In this document: positions 48,270-58,450 of the stretch, one piece after another | Position numbering within the stretch: the stretch's first letter is position 1 | How the letters are laid out: each line of letters starts with the position of its first letter | Assembly (NCBI GenBank): GCA_964434285.1 | Contig: CAYSUJ010000002.1 | Location: 57,913-121,912, forward strand | Direction of reading: 5' to 3' | Source of the DNA: an uncultured Candidatus Saccharibacteria bacterium | GTDB taxonomy: Bacteria > Patescibacteriota > Minisyncoccia > Phycocordibacterales > UBA2100 | DNA: 64,000 nt | Made by a program: the position numbers and the translations under genes | Notes under the pieces: model-generated | Told to the model about the DNA's origin: nothing | Seen by the model: the letters and a program-made list of their open reading frames with translations, nothing else | The model's database searches: none

Positions 48270-49895
48270 CATTTTGATTAGTTCAGGGTTAAAAGAAACA
48301 TTTTGTCCCTTGTATAAAGGATTTTTAGAGGTTCTAACCTGCACTAATTCACGTTCTGCCTCTGGCAGATTTTCGAAGATGAATTGGAACGGTTTACGTA
48401 GTTCTACATTGATATTTTGGTCTTTTAGTATGAGGTTCGAACCAAGACAAGCAAAGATAGCTCGTTTTGTTTCTATATCTCCATTCGTAAACCAAGTACT
48501 AGCGTAACGTGCAAAATTGTACGTTCTTTCGCTGAGTTCCACCCACTGTTCCATATCCTTGCTGTGAGCCTCTATATCGCCCTCTAGGAGGTGTTTTTCG
48601 TGCAATAGAGCATTCTTCAAGGTCTTATAATCACTGTCGCTGATAAGCGATCCATCGAGGTTGTCAGGCGATGTGTACTTGATAAGCATTGCGTCGATCT
48701 GCTTTGTGATAGTAAGAACACGCTTCTGCTTCTCAGCAAAAGACTGCTCATAACTTCGAGCTTCATTTTGGCGGATTTCGTGCAAATACTTAATTGCCCA
48801 ATCTCGGAATCGATCAGAAATAGTAAGACCGTGAATTACAGTATCAATCTGTCTACTCAGCTCAGCTAACTCAATCGTTCTTTCAGGGCACTTCTGGTCT
48901 ATTCGCTTTGTACAACGATAGTAAACGTAATAATGCACGTTTCCATTTTTCTGTCGTTTGGTCTTTTCTTCTGCGGTTATAGAAGCACCGCAATGACCGC
49001 ACTTCATCAGCCCAGTAAAAGCAAAACGTCTTGTAAGAGGACGAGGACGTGATCGATTATCACCTAAGAGATTCTGCACTCTCTCAAACTCTTCTTCCGT
49101 AACCATAGGTTTATGCAGACCCTTGTACCAATTCCCACTACCTTTTGGATACTCAAAATATCCGCAGTAAAAGCGGTTGTTGAACATCTTATAGATTGAC
49201 GCTCGACAAAGAGCAGTCCCTGCAAACTTCTTTGTTGTACGGGTCTTAAAGTTCCATTCTTTATTGGCAATTTCTATAATCTGTGGAGGTGTATATCGTC
49301 CTGTAAGCATCATCTGCCACATCTGATTGACCATATCGAATCTTTCAGGATCGGCGACAATGATATTTTCACCTTTCTCTCGAATAACTGTATTAAGATA
49401 GCCAAGCGGAGCACGAGACGGATACCAACCCATTTTCAATTTGGTTTCTAGTCCACGCTTTACGTTTTTACTCAAATCACGAGTGAACTGATCTGCAATT
49501 CCAAAGTCGATATACGATAACAATGCGTTATCTTCTGAAAGGTAAATACGATCGCTTGTGATGATTCGTTTAATTTCTCCACGTTTAAGCAAACCAAGAA
49601 TAATTCCAGCTTCCTCAGGATTTCTTGCAAGACGATCAAGCTTCCAACAGATTATTGCATTGATAGCACCATTTCTGATTTGCTTAATCATCGCATCAAA
49701 CTCCTTTCGTTGATATGGAGTTTCGGCAGATTTTTCTTCGTGAAAAGTCTTCTTGATTTTGAGATTTAACCTTTCAACCGTTTCATTCGCCCACTCTCTT
49801 TGAGAGCCGATACTAAGAATCTGCTTCTCCTTATCTTCGGTACTCTTTCGAGAGTAGTTGCATAGTATTTCATTTTCATTGTTAATTTTTTTCAT
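48258..49895 (-). CDS. Large serine recombinase; last codons and stop lie within tRNA-Ser
   Basis: YSRKST, WKLDRLARN, LSKNVKRG, APLGYLN, CGHCG, YYRCT. Confidence 0.95.
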   Translation of the reverse strand: MKKINNENEILCNYSRKSTEDKEKQILSIGSQREWANETVERLNLKIKKTFHEEKSAETPYQRKEFDAMIKQIRNGAINAIICWKLDRLARNPEEAGIILGLLKRGEIKRIITSDRIYLSEDNALLSYIDFGIADQFTRDLSKNVKRGLETKLKMGWYPSRAPLGYLNTVIREKGENIIVADPERFDMVNQMWQMMLTGRYTPPQIIEIANKEWNFKTRTTKKFAGTALCRASIYKMFNNRFYCGYFEYPKGSGNWYKGLHKPMVTEEEFERVQNLLGDNRSRPRPLTRRFAFTGLMKCGHCGASITAEEKTKRQKNGNVHYYVYYRCTKRIDQKCPERTIELAELSRQIDTVIHGLTISDRFRDWAIKYLHEIRQNEARSYEQSFAEKQKRVLTITKQIDAMLIKYTSPDNLDGSLISDSDYKTLKNALLHEKHLLEGDIEAHSKDMEQWVELSERTYNFARYASTWFTNGDIETKRAIFACLGSNLILKDQNINVELRKPFQFIFENLPEAERELVQVRTSKNPLYKGQNVSFNPELIKMRRG

Positions 49896-49964
49896 AAAAT
49901 TGGAGTGATCTTGATAATTTAATTATAACTTATTTTGTAATGGAGTTCCATTTTTACCCTTACG

Positions 49965-50141
49965 CTACGCCGTTTTTTCGACTTTTCCATTTTTTAATTT
50001 CCGAGCTTTTGCCAATGCGATACCTCTTTTTGTTGCCTTGCTTCTTTGCTCATATTCAAAGCGTGCAAGACCAAAAGAAATCATATTAACCATAAAATCA
50101 CGGTAATCTATAAGCAATTCATTTGTTGTTTTCATTTTCAT
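49965..50141 (-). CDS. 58-aa protein resembling serine recombinase helix E (not in ORF track)
   Basis: MKMKTTNELLIDYRDFMVNMISFGLARFEYEQRSKATKRGIALAKARKLKNGKVEKTA, translated by hand. Confidence 0.55.
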   Translation of the reverse strand: MKMKTTNELLIDYRDFMVNMISFGLARFEYEQRSKATKRGIALAKARKLKNGKVEKTA

Positions 50142-50295
50142 TTTTTACCCAGTCCTTTTTGATCGGACGATAGGATTGATTAACTGCTAGTAATACTGCG
50201 ACGGCTTCATCGAGAGCGATTTCATCTGGCAGAACTTCTCCAAACTCATCGTTCCAAATTGCTTTGAACTCCTTTAACGCTTGGTCGCTAATCAT
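50119..50295 (-). CDS. 58-aa helical hypothetical protein (not in ORF track)
   Basis: MISDQALKEFKAIWNDEFGEVLPDEIALDEAVAVLLAVNQSYRPIKKDWVKNENENNK; overlaps both neighbours. Confidence 0.65.
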   Translation of the reverse strand: MISDQALKEFKAIWNDEFGEVLPDEIALDEAVAVLLAVNQSYRPIKKDWVKNENENNK

Positions 50296-50536
50296 TTGCG
50301 TGTAGGAGTTGCTTCACTTCTTTAATCGCTGAAATGAAGCTCTTGGGTTCGACCTTTGCTCTGCCATACAAAAAATCCTCCACAAGTTCCGCTTTGCCAT
50401 CAGAGTTAGTGAAAGCAAAGTAAACCTGTCGAGGATTAGTCCTGTTTATATGAGACAGCTGAAAGCCATTAGCAATGAGAAAAGCCGTGATATAGAAATC
50501 TTTGGTTGTGAAGCTTTTCGCATTTACATCTTTCAT
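50288..50536 (-). CDS. DUF5659-like small protein
   Basis: FTTKDFYITAFLIANG...QVYFAF pattern. Confidence 0.65.
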   Translation of the reverse strand: MKDVNAKSFTTKDFYITAFLIANGFQLSHINRTNPRQVYFAFTNSDGKAELVEDFLYGRAKVEPKSFISAIKEVKQLLHAND

Positions 50537-50601
50537 TCTTCGAGCATACGCAAAAAGACCTGCCAACTATATGACAGGAGTTGATACCACAATCTGTAAG
50601 G

Positions 50602-51366
50602 TTAGAGCTTTCTTAAAGTACCGAGAGCGTCTTTGTATCTCTTACGATAAACAGCTACATCTGCATAGCCAAACCCTCGCTCTTTATCAAGAATGTGAAT
50701 TATTTTCTCAATTTCTAATGCAATCTTATGGTCATTTAATCCTTCTTGAGATAACAACCACACCCTCCGAGCCAGATCACCAATTTTTGAAACCTTTAGC
50801 GGTAGTTTTTCTTTTTTAAGCTGAGTGAGTTTTTTCAGGGCTTTCTCAATATCTCGCTTAGTTGTCCATTCAAATATCTCTACGTATAAACTATTCGGAT
50901 TGATAAGAAACTTATTGATGTCCCTGTCTGCATCGGTATGAGTAATGGAAAAAATTGGATAGTGGCTTATAGAGCTATATTTAGCTCTCATAGGAGCAAT
51001 AATTGTGTCATATACAAATTGCCATACACTCGCTCGATATACTTTTGGAATCTCAAAATCAGCCAGTAAAGTGTCTGTCTCCTGTACGAGATTATGATAC
51101 CTACTCTTCGATTTGTGCTCCCATACGAGAGCTTCGGCAGAATCAGAAAAACCTGCTTCTGGCAATTTATATTTCTTGCGAAGTTGCTTAATCCTAGTTT
51201 GAAAATGAGGGTGGTCAGAAAGAAGTACAAAAAATCTCTCACGACTCTCTATAAACTTTTTATCTGGTGTACCACTGGTACACCGAGACGATACAATTCC
51301 TATATTTTCTTCTAGTTTCTGCTTGAGTATTTGATTTTTATTTTTTCCGTTAGCTCTTTCAGTCAT
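50602..51366 (-). CDS. Hypothetical protein, possible C-terminal HTH
   Basis: 254-aa ORF; GLNDHKIALEI segment. Confidence 0.7.
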   Translation of the reverse strand: MTERANGKNKNQILKQKLEENIGIVSSRCTSGTPDKKFIESRERFFVLLSDHPHFQTRIKQLRKKYKLPEAGFSDSAEALVWEHKSKSRYHNLVQETDTLLADFEIPKVYRASVWQFVYDTIIAPMRAKYSSISHYPIFSITHTDADRDINKFLINPNSLYVEIFEWTTKRDIEKALKKLTQLKKEKLPLKVSKIGDLARRVWLLSQEGLNDHKIALEIEKIIHILDKERGFGYADVAVYRKRYKDALGTLRKL

Positions 51367-51370
51367 AGAT

Positions 51371-52960
51371 TTATTTTTTCACTAGTTCAGAAAAGAACTT
51401 CCACAACACGTACATTGCATAAGTATCGAGTTTACAGTATTCAAGCATTTGTCGTTCCTTTTCTTTCATTTCATCACCGACCAATTCTCCGACAGTGATT
51501 TTTCTATACGCTTCAATAGCATCAGTACCGCTTTGAACACCTAAAACCTTATATGAAAGATGTGGAGCGAGAACGGGTAAAACTTTCTTAATAGACGCTC
51601 TGCCCTCGAAGCCCGGATGTATGTAATGCTGACCGTCAACAATATCCATCAAATCATAAGTACGACTAACAACATCAAGAAAGAAATCTTTATAATCAGG
51701 CAGTAGGTTTGCAAGTTCCTTGTTTCGAGAGTTTTCAAAAGTTTTATACCAAGAGATTACTGTTCCTGAGTTACCAATATGTTTTCGCAGACTTTCTGCA
51801 ATACGCTCTGACGGCTCTCCGTCCAGTATTAGAGACTCGTAATGCTTTGGTTCTGAATCCTTATTTTCAAGTACGTGTAAGGAGTATTGAAATACTATTT
51901 GTTGATACGGACGATACCCGCTATATGGAGGTATTGCGGTGGGATATGTTTCGTAATCAAGAAAGTAAAGAGGAAAAATTAGTGAATCAAGTTCGGCTTT
52001 TAATGACTCAAAATCAACCATTGGCTCTTGAGACTTGTGGACTAGCACTTGGTTCAGCTTTCTAGGTTTACTTTGCTTTGCTGTACCTCTCGCTTCTTTG
52101 GGTTTCAAGCGATCATCAACAGGTACGTCAGCAACCTCTAAGATGCCCTCTGCGAGCAATTCACTCAGGTATTTCTTACTATTACCAATTCTATTGAGAT
52201 CGTGAACGCTATATGCGGGCACGTGAGGGTTTATATAACCAAATGCTGAACAGTGCGAATTACGTCCTTTGTAGTAGCAAGGACAGGGTGCAGACGGTAC
52301 TTCTGTGCTTAATAAGTAAGTATGGGCATAGGACATCTCAGAAATCGCAATCGTTTTAAGAATATCTATAACCTCAGTTTTATCTTCGATAATGAAAAGT
52401 TGATTTGGAGTAAAATCAAGATCGCCACTTCTTACATACGCACGATTAAGTCTTACTAGAAACTTTTGATTTATTGAAACTCCACATTCTTCTGCGACAT
52501 TTACCTGAAAAGCGAGATCGTATTCATATTGAAGCTCTTTCTTTTTGTTGACTCGTTTCGGTTTACCGTCGTCTTCCTCCTCGTCCTCATCTTCGGTTGT
52601 GGACATTTTAATTTCGTAAATATCATACTTTCCAACTGAATCATTCCACTTCAAAACGTCCAGTGCGGCGAGATATTTATCTGTTGCAAAAACAGGTTGA
52701 AAAATGACAGGTGTTCGCTCTGCTATTAGTTTCTTAGTAAGCTCTTGTGCACCCGCACTTCGTCGCTCAACGAGAAATCCATTGGGGAACATTCCACGTG
52801 CCAACTCTTCCACATCATTACCCATTTCTGCTAAAGACTTCTCAAACTCAGACGGTTCAAATCTTGCGTATTCTTCAAGTCGATTTCTCTTAACCCAAAC
52901 ATTATTTGGACATTCTCGATAAAGTATAAAGTCTGTTTTTGTTAAAAGGTTTGTTGCCAT
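51371..52960 (-). CDS. DUF2779-like protein (PD-(D/E)xK nuclease-like + RNase H-like domains)
   Basis: DVL...IYEIKMS, FLDYET, YQQIVFQYSLH, SIKKVLP, YCKLDT. Confidence 0.8.
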   Translation of the reverse strand: MATNLLTKTDFILYRECPNNVWVKRNRLEEYARFEPSEFEKSLAEMGNDVEELARGMFPNGFLVERRSAGAQELTKKLIAERTPVIFQPVFATDKYLAALDVLKWNDSVGKYDIYEIKMSTTEDEDEEEDDGKPKRVNKKKELQYEYDLAFQVNVAEECGVSINQKFLVRLNRAYVRSGDLDFTPNQLFIIEDKTEVIDILKTIAISEMSYAHTYLLSTEVPSAPCPCYYKGRNSHCSAFGYINPHVPAYSVHDLNRIGNSKKYLSELLAEGILEVADVPVDDRLKPKEARGTAKQSKPRKLNQVLVHKSQEPMVDFESLKAELDSLIFPLYFLDYETYPTAIPPYSGYRPYQQIVFQYSLHVLENKDSEPKHYESLILDGEPSERIAESLRKHIGNSGTVISWYKTFENSRNKELANLLPDYKDFFLDVVSRTYDLMDIVDGQHYIHPGFEGRASIKKVLPVLAPHLSYKVLGVQSGTDAIEAYRKITVGELVGDEMKEKERQMLEYCKLDTYAMYVLWKFFSELVKK

Positions 52961-52967
52961 ACGTTTG

Positions 52968-54314
52968 TTAGCCGAGAACATCAACGATCTTATCTATCGT
53001 CAAAATCCCTGTCTCAAGAAATAGGTCTTCGAGTTGTGTGTGGTCGATGTCGGCGTTTGATAATTTTTTCCCAACTACATAAAGTAAATCCTTAGCTCGA
53101 ACCAAAACAACAGGAACACGAGTGACTCTGTAAATATCCTTTAGTGAGCTATCAAGTGATGTTCTATCGTTAAACTCTGACGAGACGATAAGAAAAGATA
53201 CTTTGTCGACTCTTTGTCTTTGGAGTTCTCTTTGTTTATTTTTAATATATTCAACAATCTCTCTATCCTGTGTACCGATCGTATACTCTTTTTCACGAGC
53301 TTTTGCATCGTACACGACGGCGTAATAACCCGAATGCCCATCAGAAGAAATTGCGACACCATCTGGCTCTCTACCTCTTCCTTGACCTAATTCAGTCGCA
53401 TTAAAACCTAGAATTGTAAAAACATAACGGAGTTTTGTTTCAAACGCCTTTTCAGGTTTAATGTTTCTTTTTATTGACCATTCAGTTTCTTGATTCAATG
53501 CAAGTTTTTCAAGATCGGCAACAATAGAAGGAATCCAACTTTCATCGTCCACTTTAATTGCCTGAGTCGATTTACTTTGATTAGGAGTTGTCTTTATGTT
53601 TTCTTCTATAACATCTGTATGTTTTTTGGTGAACTGCTTCCAAAGAACGTGCTCTACAAACCATACAGGATGACGATCATTTACATTTGCTTTTTCAATA
53701 TAAAAAGTACGGATTGCAGAATATATTTCTACAAAGTATTTATATTCATCTCCAGTTGTCTCTTGTGTTTTGAAGTCAAAACCAAGATTTTCCAGCACAT
53801 TTTTTGCTGACCCATAAAAAACTGGGAGAGTTTCAGGACTTTGAACTTCCCAAAAATAAGACAACATAAAAGACAGATTCACTCTCGGAATACTTTTAGG
53901 ATTGTCGGATTTTGTCTTGAGCTGAGTTAGGTATTCTGCGAGATTATTTATCTTTACTACCGCTTCATCTAGTGTTTGAGGTAAAGAGAGGGCTTCTTTT
54001 AAGTGATCATCTTTTTCAGAATCCTCAATGTTTTTTACAAACTGATTCAACTGCATTTGACCACTAAAGCCACTAAATCCCCAATATGGATATTTACGAC
54101 TCATCAAATCACTTTTCTCCTTAAACTCAGTAGAAGATAGAGCACCTTTCAGAAACTCATTAACAATATCTTTAATTTCAGCGATGGCTTCAACTCTCTT
54201 ATCATCAAAAGATGCAAACTCTATATCAACACCATTATCGGTAACAGTAGAGGATTTTTGAAACTCCTCTAGGTATACTCGCAATTCGTTTTCTTGTTCT
54301 TGTGTAAGATTCAT
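52968..54314 (-). CDS. Putative endonuclease with C-terminal FokI/Mrr-like cleavage domain
   Basis: AFETKLRYVFTILGF...REPDGV...YDAKA (E...PD...DxK). Confidence 0.7.
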   Translation of the reverse strand: MNLTQEQENELRVYLEEFQKSSTVTDNGVDIEFASFDDKRVEAIAEIKDIVNEFLKGALSSTEFKEKSDLMSRKYPYWGFSGFSGQMQLNQFVKNIEDSEKDDHLKEALSLPQTLDEAVVKINNLAEYLTQLKTKSDNPKSIPRVNLSFMLSYFWEVQSPETLPVFYGSAKNVLENLGFDFKTQETTGDEYKYFVEIYSAIRTFYIEKANVNDRHPVWFVEHVLWKQFTKKHTDVIEENIKTTPNQSKSTQAIKVDDESWIPSIVADLEKLALNQETEWSIKRNIKPEKAFETKLRYVFTILGFNATELGQGRGREPDGVAISSDGHSGYYAVVYDAKAREKEYTIGTQDREIVEYIKNKQRELQRQRVDKVSFLIVSSEFNDRTSLDSSLKDIYRVTRVPVVLVRAKDLLYVVGKKLSNADIDHTQLEDLFLETGILTIDKIVDVLG

Positions 54315-54327
54315 AAATCCTAATTTG

Positions 54328-56781
54328 TTATCTAATAATTGAATACACTTTCTCTCGAATCGACCGCACAAATCCAAACAATCCCTCAGGATATGTTGAC
54401 TGTATAGCTTCCTTTTTAGCATTCATATTTGGCAACAGGAATGTCTGGGCTGAAAGATTTTCTTCTCCACTGGTTTTATATTTCTCCATAATGTCTCTGA
54501 TCGCTTCACCAACCACTTTTCCGTACTGGTCGATATTCTGTGCATTCTCTCGCATAAAGTGTTTTACACGATCCTCACGAGTGATAAGTGGTGCATTAAA
54601 GGCAATATGAGCAATCACATCAAAAGCATCGATGTCTTCGAGATTCTCAATAGACTTAATGAGTCCGATATTCACTCGTTTGTCTTCAAGGTCTGTAATC
54701 AACTGCTCACGCTTATCTGAATCGAGCCACAACTCTCTTAGTTCGGTTGTCGAATGTACAGTTTGCACAATCTTGTCTCCTGAGTATTTTCGATACTCCG
54801 CATACGACAATTTTGAGCCATCAAACTCAACTTCAATTTCCTCGTCGATTGTTACAGTAATTCCCTTAACCGTAATCTTCTTTGGTGCAGACCTCCACGG
54901 CTTCAAGCGGAACTCATAAGGCATCTCTTCGTCCGATGTATGCGGAGCAAGTTTTTTGCCTAACTTCTTGTAATTAGCGTGCTCGATGGTGATACGCACT
55001 TCATCATTTGACGGCAACCCAAATATCTTAAAGAGTCCGTTCTCGTCTGTTTTTCCTGCTTTCTCCCAACGCCCAAGCTTTATTTTTATGTTGGCATTTG
55101 CAACAGGTTCTTCTTTTCTATCGTCAACAACAACGCCCATAAGAAGTTTATCGAAAGGTGGCAACGGTTCTTCTGGTGGCTCTGGTGGCTCAGGTTTTTC
55201 AGTTGGAATATCCCACTCATCAATGAGGCGGGTAGCGTTAGTGAAATCGAGAATCCTAAAGAAACCCTTACCCTCGAACAAGCGTGATCCACGTCCTATA
55301 ATCTGCTTGAAAAGCACCCTAGAGGCGATTGGACGCATAAATACGATGTTCTGTACGTGCGGAATATCAACGCCAGTAGAGAGCAAATCAACAGTGGTGG
55401 CGATGACAGGCATAGCTCGCTCTTTGTCTCGGAACTTGGTCAGGTCGTCTTTATCTTCTGCTACGACACGAGAGGCATATTCTTCTGAGTTTTTAATCTC
55501 ATTAAGCTTATCTTTTACTGCTTGTGCGTGTGCCATATCGACACAAAAAATAATCGTCTTTCCATACGGATTCGTCTTATCAAGAACTTCTATTACCTTA
55601 CGAGAAAGCAATTCAATCTGTTGTGGAATCGTAACAGCTTTTTCGTATTCAGGTGGTTCGTAAAAATCTTTTACATCTTCGGGATTTATTTCATCGTCGT
55701 AAATTACTTCTTCGGCGGCTGAAACGTTCAAACCCTCTCGGTAAAGATTAGTTGTGATTTTGTATATCTTATAGGGCACAAGATAGCCGTCCTCGATTGC
55801 CTGACCGAGCGAGTATTCAAAGACTGGTTCTCCAAAGTATTCGTACACGTCGATGTTATCCTCACGCTTTGGAGTAGCGGTCATACCGAAGTTTTGAGCT
55901 GTACTGAAATGTTCAAGAATCAAACCCCAATCTCCGTATCGGGAACGATGACACTCGTCAATTACAATCAAATCAAAGAAGTCCTGAGGAATCTGCTTGT
56001 AAAACTCATTCGTGAAAAGTGTTTGGTACGTAGCAAAATAAATATCCTTGTTTTTATTAAAAGTTCCACCCTCAATTTTGCACCGAGCGTCGCCAAAAGG
56101 TTCATAGTCTCGACTGTATGCGTCATCACGTAAGATAACTCGATCACAAAGAAATAGCACTCGGCTAACAGTCTTTGACTTGTAGAGCTTCCAAATAATT
56201 TGAAACGATGTAAATGTTTTTCCTGTACCAGTTGCCATTGTTAGAAGTGTTGCGTGCTTCTTGCTTGCAATACTCTCAATAGAGTTCTTGATTGCAGTTT
56301 CCTGATATGCACGAGGTCGGCGAGCACCAGTGAGGTATAGCGGGTACATTAAAGCGTCCTGCTTTACTTCAACTAATCCTTTCCATTCAACATACGCTTC
56401 ATACATCTGCTCAGGAGAAAGAAAGTCTGTTACTTCCTCAGTTTTCATTGTTCGTCGATCGTGCAAATAGGTAGTATGTCCATTTGAAATATATGCAAAA
56501 GGTACATCAAGACGCTTAGCATAGTCTTGTGCTTGGCTCAGGTGCTTGAGAGGGTCTTCATCTTCTGCTTTTGCCTCAAGTACACCAATGACAACGTTCT
56601 TATACATCACTACATAGTCAGCAAACTTAGCAGTAGGTAAACGCTTGAAATCCTCACCCTCGACGAAGAAGCGATCATCTGAGATCGGATACTGGCGGAG
56701 GAGATATTCTTCTTTCCAACCGCTTTCTAGTATTTTTGGGTCGATGAGCTTGACCCTTGTATCATCTTCTGAGTAAGGCAT
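54328..56781 (-). CDS. hsdR: Type I restriction enzyme R subunit (EcoAI/EcoEI-like)
   Basis: SEDDTR, ADY...LEAK, MATGTGKT, DECHRS, TATP, QIIGRGSRL. Confidence 0.93.
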   Translation of the reverse strand: MPYSEDDTRVKLIDPKILESGWKEEYLLRQYPISDDRFFVEGEDFKRLPTAKFADYVVMYKNVVIGVLEAKAEDEDPLKHLSQAQDYAKRLDVPFAYISNGHTTYLHDRRTMKTEEVTDFLSPEQMYEAYVEWKGLVEVKQDALMYPLYLTGARRPRAYQETAIKNSIESIASKKHATLLTMATGTGKTFTSFQIIWKLYKSKTVSRVLFLCDRVILRDDAYSRDYEPFGDARCKIEGGTFNKNKDIYFATYQTLFTNEFYKQIPQDFFDLIVIDECHRSRYGDWGLILEHFSTAQNFGMTATPKREDNIDVYEYFGEPVFEYSLGQAIEDGYLVPYKIYKITTNLYREGLNVSAAEEVIYDDEINPEDVKDFYEPPEYEKAVTIPQQIELLSRKVIEVLDKTNPYGKTIIFCVDMAHAQAVKDKLNEIKNSEEYASRVVAEDKDDLTKFRDKERAMPVIATTVDLLSTGVDIPHVQNIVFMRPIASRVLFKQIIGRGSRLFEGKGFFRILDFTNATRLIDEWDIPTEKPEPPEPPEEPLPPFDKLLMGVVVDDRKEEPVANANIKIKLGRWEKAGKTDENGLFKIFGLPSNDEVRITIEHANYKKLGKKLAPHTSDEEMPYEFRLKPWRSAPKKITVKGITVTIDEEIEVEFDGSKLSYAEYRKYSGDKIVQTVHSTTELRELWLDSDKREQLITDLEDKRVNIGLIKSIENLEDIDAFDVIAHIAFNAPLITREDRVKHFMRENAQNIDQYGKVVGEAIRDIMEKYKTSGEENLSAQTFLLPNMNAKKEAIQSTYPEGLFGFVRSIREKVYSIIR

Positions 56782-56785
56782 ATAT

Positions 56786-58450
56786 TTATACTTGTAAAAT
56801 CTTTTGATCCCACTTATTTTTCTTTATAAAAGAAATGGTGCGATAGGTTTCGGAATCTTGAAATCTATTCGGCTTCCACTCCTGCAACTTCTGACGTATC
56901 ACGACATCGTCAGAAGTCTTCTCGTCCTCAATAATTTTGCAAACTGTCGCCAACAATTCAATTGAATGACTATCAGACGAGAAATAGTGAGGCATCATTT
57001 TGTCTAAGTAGTCTGTCATTTGCTGTTTAAGCGTATCTTCTACCTGATTTAAGATATAGCTACCGCTTACTCCTAAAGCAAGCACTTCCATACCCTTAAC
57101 ACCTTTTCTCATAAAAAACTGCTTCCGAGAAGATAGTCCATCTTCAACGGCACGCTTAATTTCTGAGCTGTAAGGTCCAAACGATTGCTGTGTAAAAGAA
57201 ACACCTAAAGGGGTTTTGAAAACTGTCTGTGCGATGTATAAAACTTTGGCAACAACCATCTCTCCTCTCTGAAAACGCCTAACTATAAGTGAAATTGCTT
57301 GCTGTACAGGAGAAACTACCGTACTAGCAGTTTGAACAGGTGCATTTTGTAATCTTTGCAACATTGAGAATAAAAATCTGTTTTTCACCTCAAGAGCATT
57401 CGTTTCAACCCTCTCTATAATGTTTTTAAGCTCAATAATATATTGGATTTTCTTAACAATTCTTTTTTGAGTCAGCAGATCAGGCAAGAGGATTTTTTCT
57501 TTCAAGAAAATATCCTCTTTGAATCTCTTTCTGTTTGTTGCTCCTTGACTAGCTATCTGAAATAGCTTCACAAAAGCAGGTGTACTTAGTATTTCATTTA
57601 AGAAAAGAGGGTCGATTGATTTTTCTTGTATGTTATAGGATAGAAAATCTGCGGTCGTTATAGCTCCCTCACAATCCTGCGGAATGATACCAAAAGCACC
57701 GTTTCGTGCATCGATTTTTGAAATAACGAATTGACCCGCTTTAACTACATATTGTTTCTTTGTACCAATATCAGAACCGAGAACTTTGTCTCTTAATTGA
57801 ACACCATTTGAATACATTCTGATTGTTATTCTTTTGTACAAAGTGTCATCAGCAACCTGATGTGTCTGATTATTTCGTATTAACAGATCGGAAATAGTAA
57901 ACTCTTTTAACTCATAGCGTGCTAAATCTCCAACAACCATACGACGCAATCCCGCAATATCTTGCGAGGCATTTTCTGACACTGAAAGTAATCTGTTTGT
58001 AACGTCCTGAACTTTTTCTCCTTGTGATGCAATTAAATCTTGCTTATCAATAGGTAGGAAAGGTATCTCAAAGTTTCCAAAATCTCCCTTGTTTATAGAC
58101 TTTTTAGCTGCTCCCTTTGCAAGATTCGCAACAATATCCTTTGAAAGTGCAGTAAGAAGAGCGTAATAAAACTTGAGATTTATTTTATCAGTATATTCTT
58201 TTTGTGGAGTGAGAATAAAACAGAGATCGCTAGCGATAAACTTACCTTCGACAAAGTGAACTCTACCTAACGACCCACTGGCTGCTACGGCAATTACCAA
58301 AGCGGTACAGTCGTGAGAGTAGCTATTGTGATTTTTCCATTCTTTGGAGGCAGTAATAAAAGTAAACTCACCAGACTTGTTTTTGGTGCTTTGTAATGTG
58401 CCTTTCTCAATAACGAAAAGCTCTTTAATTTTCTTGGTTTCAATCTTCAT
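56786..58450 (-). CDS. hsdS: Type I specificity subunit with an extra ~170-aa C-terminal domain
   Basis: Two TRD + helical spacer units (IPFLPIDKQ, LPDLLTQKRIV); lies between hsdM and hsdR. Confidence 0.85.
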   Translation of the reverse strand: MKIETKKIKELFVIEKGTLQSTKNKSGEFTFITASKEWKNHNSYSHDCTALVIAVAASGSLGRVHFVEGKFIASDLCFILTPQKEYTDKINLKFYYALLTALSKDIVANLAKGAAKKSINKGDFGNFEIPFLPIDKQDLIASQGEKVQDVTNRLLSVSENASQDIAGLRRMVVGDLARYELKEFTISDLLIRNNQTHQVADDTLYKRITIRMYSNGVQLRDKVLGSDIGTKKQYVVKAGQFVISKIDARNGAFGIIPQDCEGAITTADFLSYNIQEKSIDPLFLNEILSTPAFVKLFQIASQGATNRKRFKEDIFLKEKILLPDLLTQKRIVKKIQYIIELKNIIERVETNALEVKNRFLFSMLQRLQNAPVQTASTVVSPVQQAISLIVRRFQRGEMVVAKVLYIAQTVFKTPLGVSFTQQSFGPYSSEIKRAVEDGLSSRKQFFMRKGVKGMEVLALGVSGSYILNQVEDTLKQQMTDYLDKMMPHYFSSDSHSIELLATVCKIIEDEKTSDDVVIRQKLQEWKPNRFQDSETYRTISFIKKNKWDQKILQV

